DNA from: Dickeya dadantii NCPPB 898
Lineage (GTDB): Bacteria; Pseudomonadota; Gammaproteobacteria; Enterobacterales; Enterobacteriaceae
Direction of reading: 5' to 3'
NCBI RefSeq assembly: GCF_000406145.1
Contig: NZ_CM001976.1
Location: forward strand, 103,186-135,185
DNA length: 32,000 nucleotides
Numbering within the stretch: the stretch's first letter is position 1; each line of letters starts with the position of its first letter. This document shows, in pieces, positions 31,891-32,000 of this stretch. A program made the position numbers and the translations under genes. The notes below the pieces were generated by a model. It did not search any database and was not told where the DNA came from. It saw only the letters and a list, made by a program, of their open reading frames with translations.

Positions 31891-32000
31891 TTAACGCCGT
31901 TTACGCGGCGGCGTCGGCTGCTTGCGCTGCCAGTCCAGCAATTCAAATACCCCAAACAGGAAGATGCGTAATTGCAGTAGCCCGCTGAGCGGCGGCGCGT
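31891..32000 (-). CDS. 3' tip of a minus-strand gene running out of the window (possibly a yhhL-like DUF1145 membrane protein)
   Basis: The minus-strand frame is open from the window edge to the TAA at 31893-31891, giving ...APPLSGLLQLRIFLFGVFELLDWQRKQPTPPRKRR. The hydrophobic-then-basic tail and the position next to the yhhN region suggest yhhL. Only 36 codons are visible. Confidence 0.3.
   Translation of the reverse strand, partial: APPLSGLLQLRIFLFGVFELLDWQRKQPTPPRKRR

Noticed and set aside
1-32000. Scan for CRISPR arrays, tRNA or rRNA genes, IS elements, integrases, phage genes or known defence-system genes.
   Set aside because: I saw none. The only repeats found are the ERIC element and the short tandem duplications listed above. 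The WYL-domain regulator is paired with a VOC gene rather than with any defence-type operon.

Overview
This is an Enterobacterales chromosomal window. Gene content and order suggest a soft-rot Pectobacteriaceae genome such as Dickeya, but that is inference only.

Left to right:
- The 3' part of dppB, then dppC, dppD and dppF (dipeptide ABC transporter).
- A ~5.2-kb accessory block. On the minus strand it carries a DUF3828-like secreted protein, a hipB-like HTH gene followed by a decapitated hipA remnant, a MocR-type regulator, a VOC/glyoxalase protein and a YafY/WYL regulator. A divergent eamA-like exporter gene follows on the plus strand.
- An AT-rich ~430-bp control region.
- A complete type I (BcsD-containing) cellulose synthase operon: bcsO-like, bcsQ, bcsA, bcsB, bcsC, bcsD, bcsZ.
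- dctA, yhjJ, and kdgK with a KdgR-type operator.
- A small 4-OT-family tautomerase gene and yhjD.
- yhhS, dcrB, and yhhQ preceded by a class I preQ1 riboswitch.
- An enlarged ERIC/IRU repeat, then tusA, yhhN, a DUF1820 gene and the 3' tip of a yhhL-like gene.

I saw no rRNA, tRNA, CRISPR array, transposase or integrase. I did not find a convincing new multi-gene system. The most unusual items are:
- The preQ1 riboswitch with an ERIC element inserted 14 nt upstream of it.
- The orphaned hipB with twin palindromic operators and a hipA stump.
- A BcsR-like N-terminus fused to a proline-rich protein at the head of the bcs operon.
- Several exact micro-duplications, including a 20-18-20 nt triplication across the yhhN stop codon.

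All family assignments come from reading the translations and from remembered reference sequences. No searches were run.
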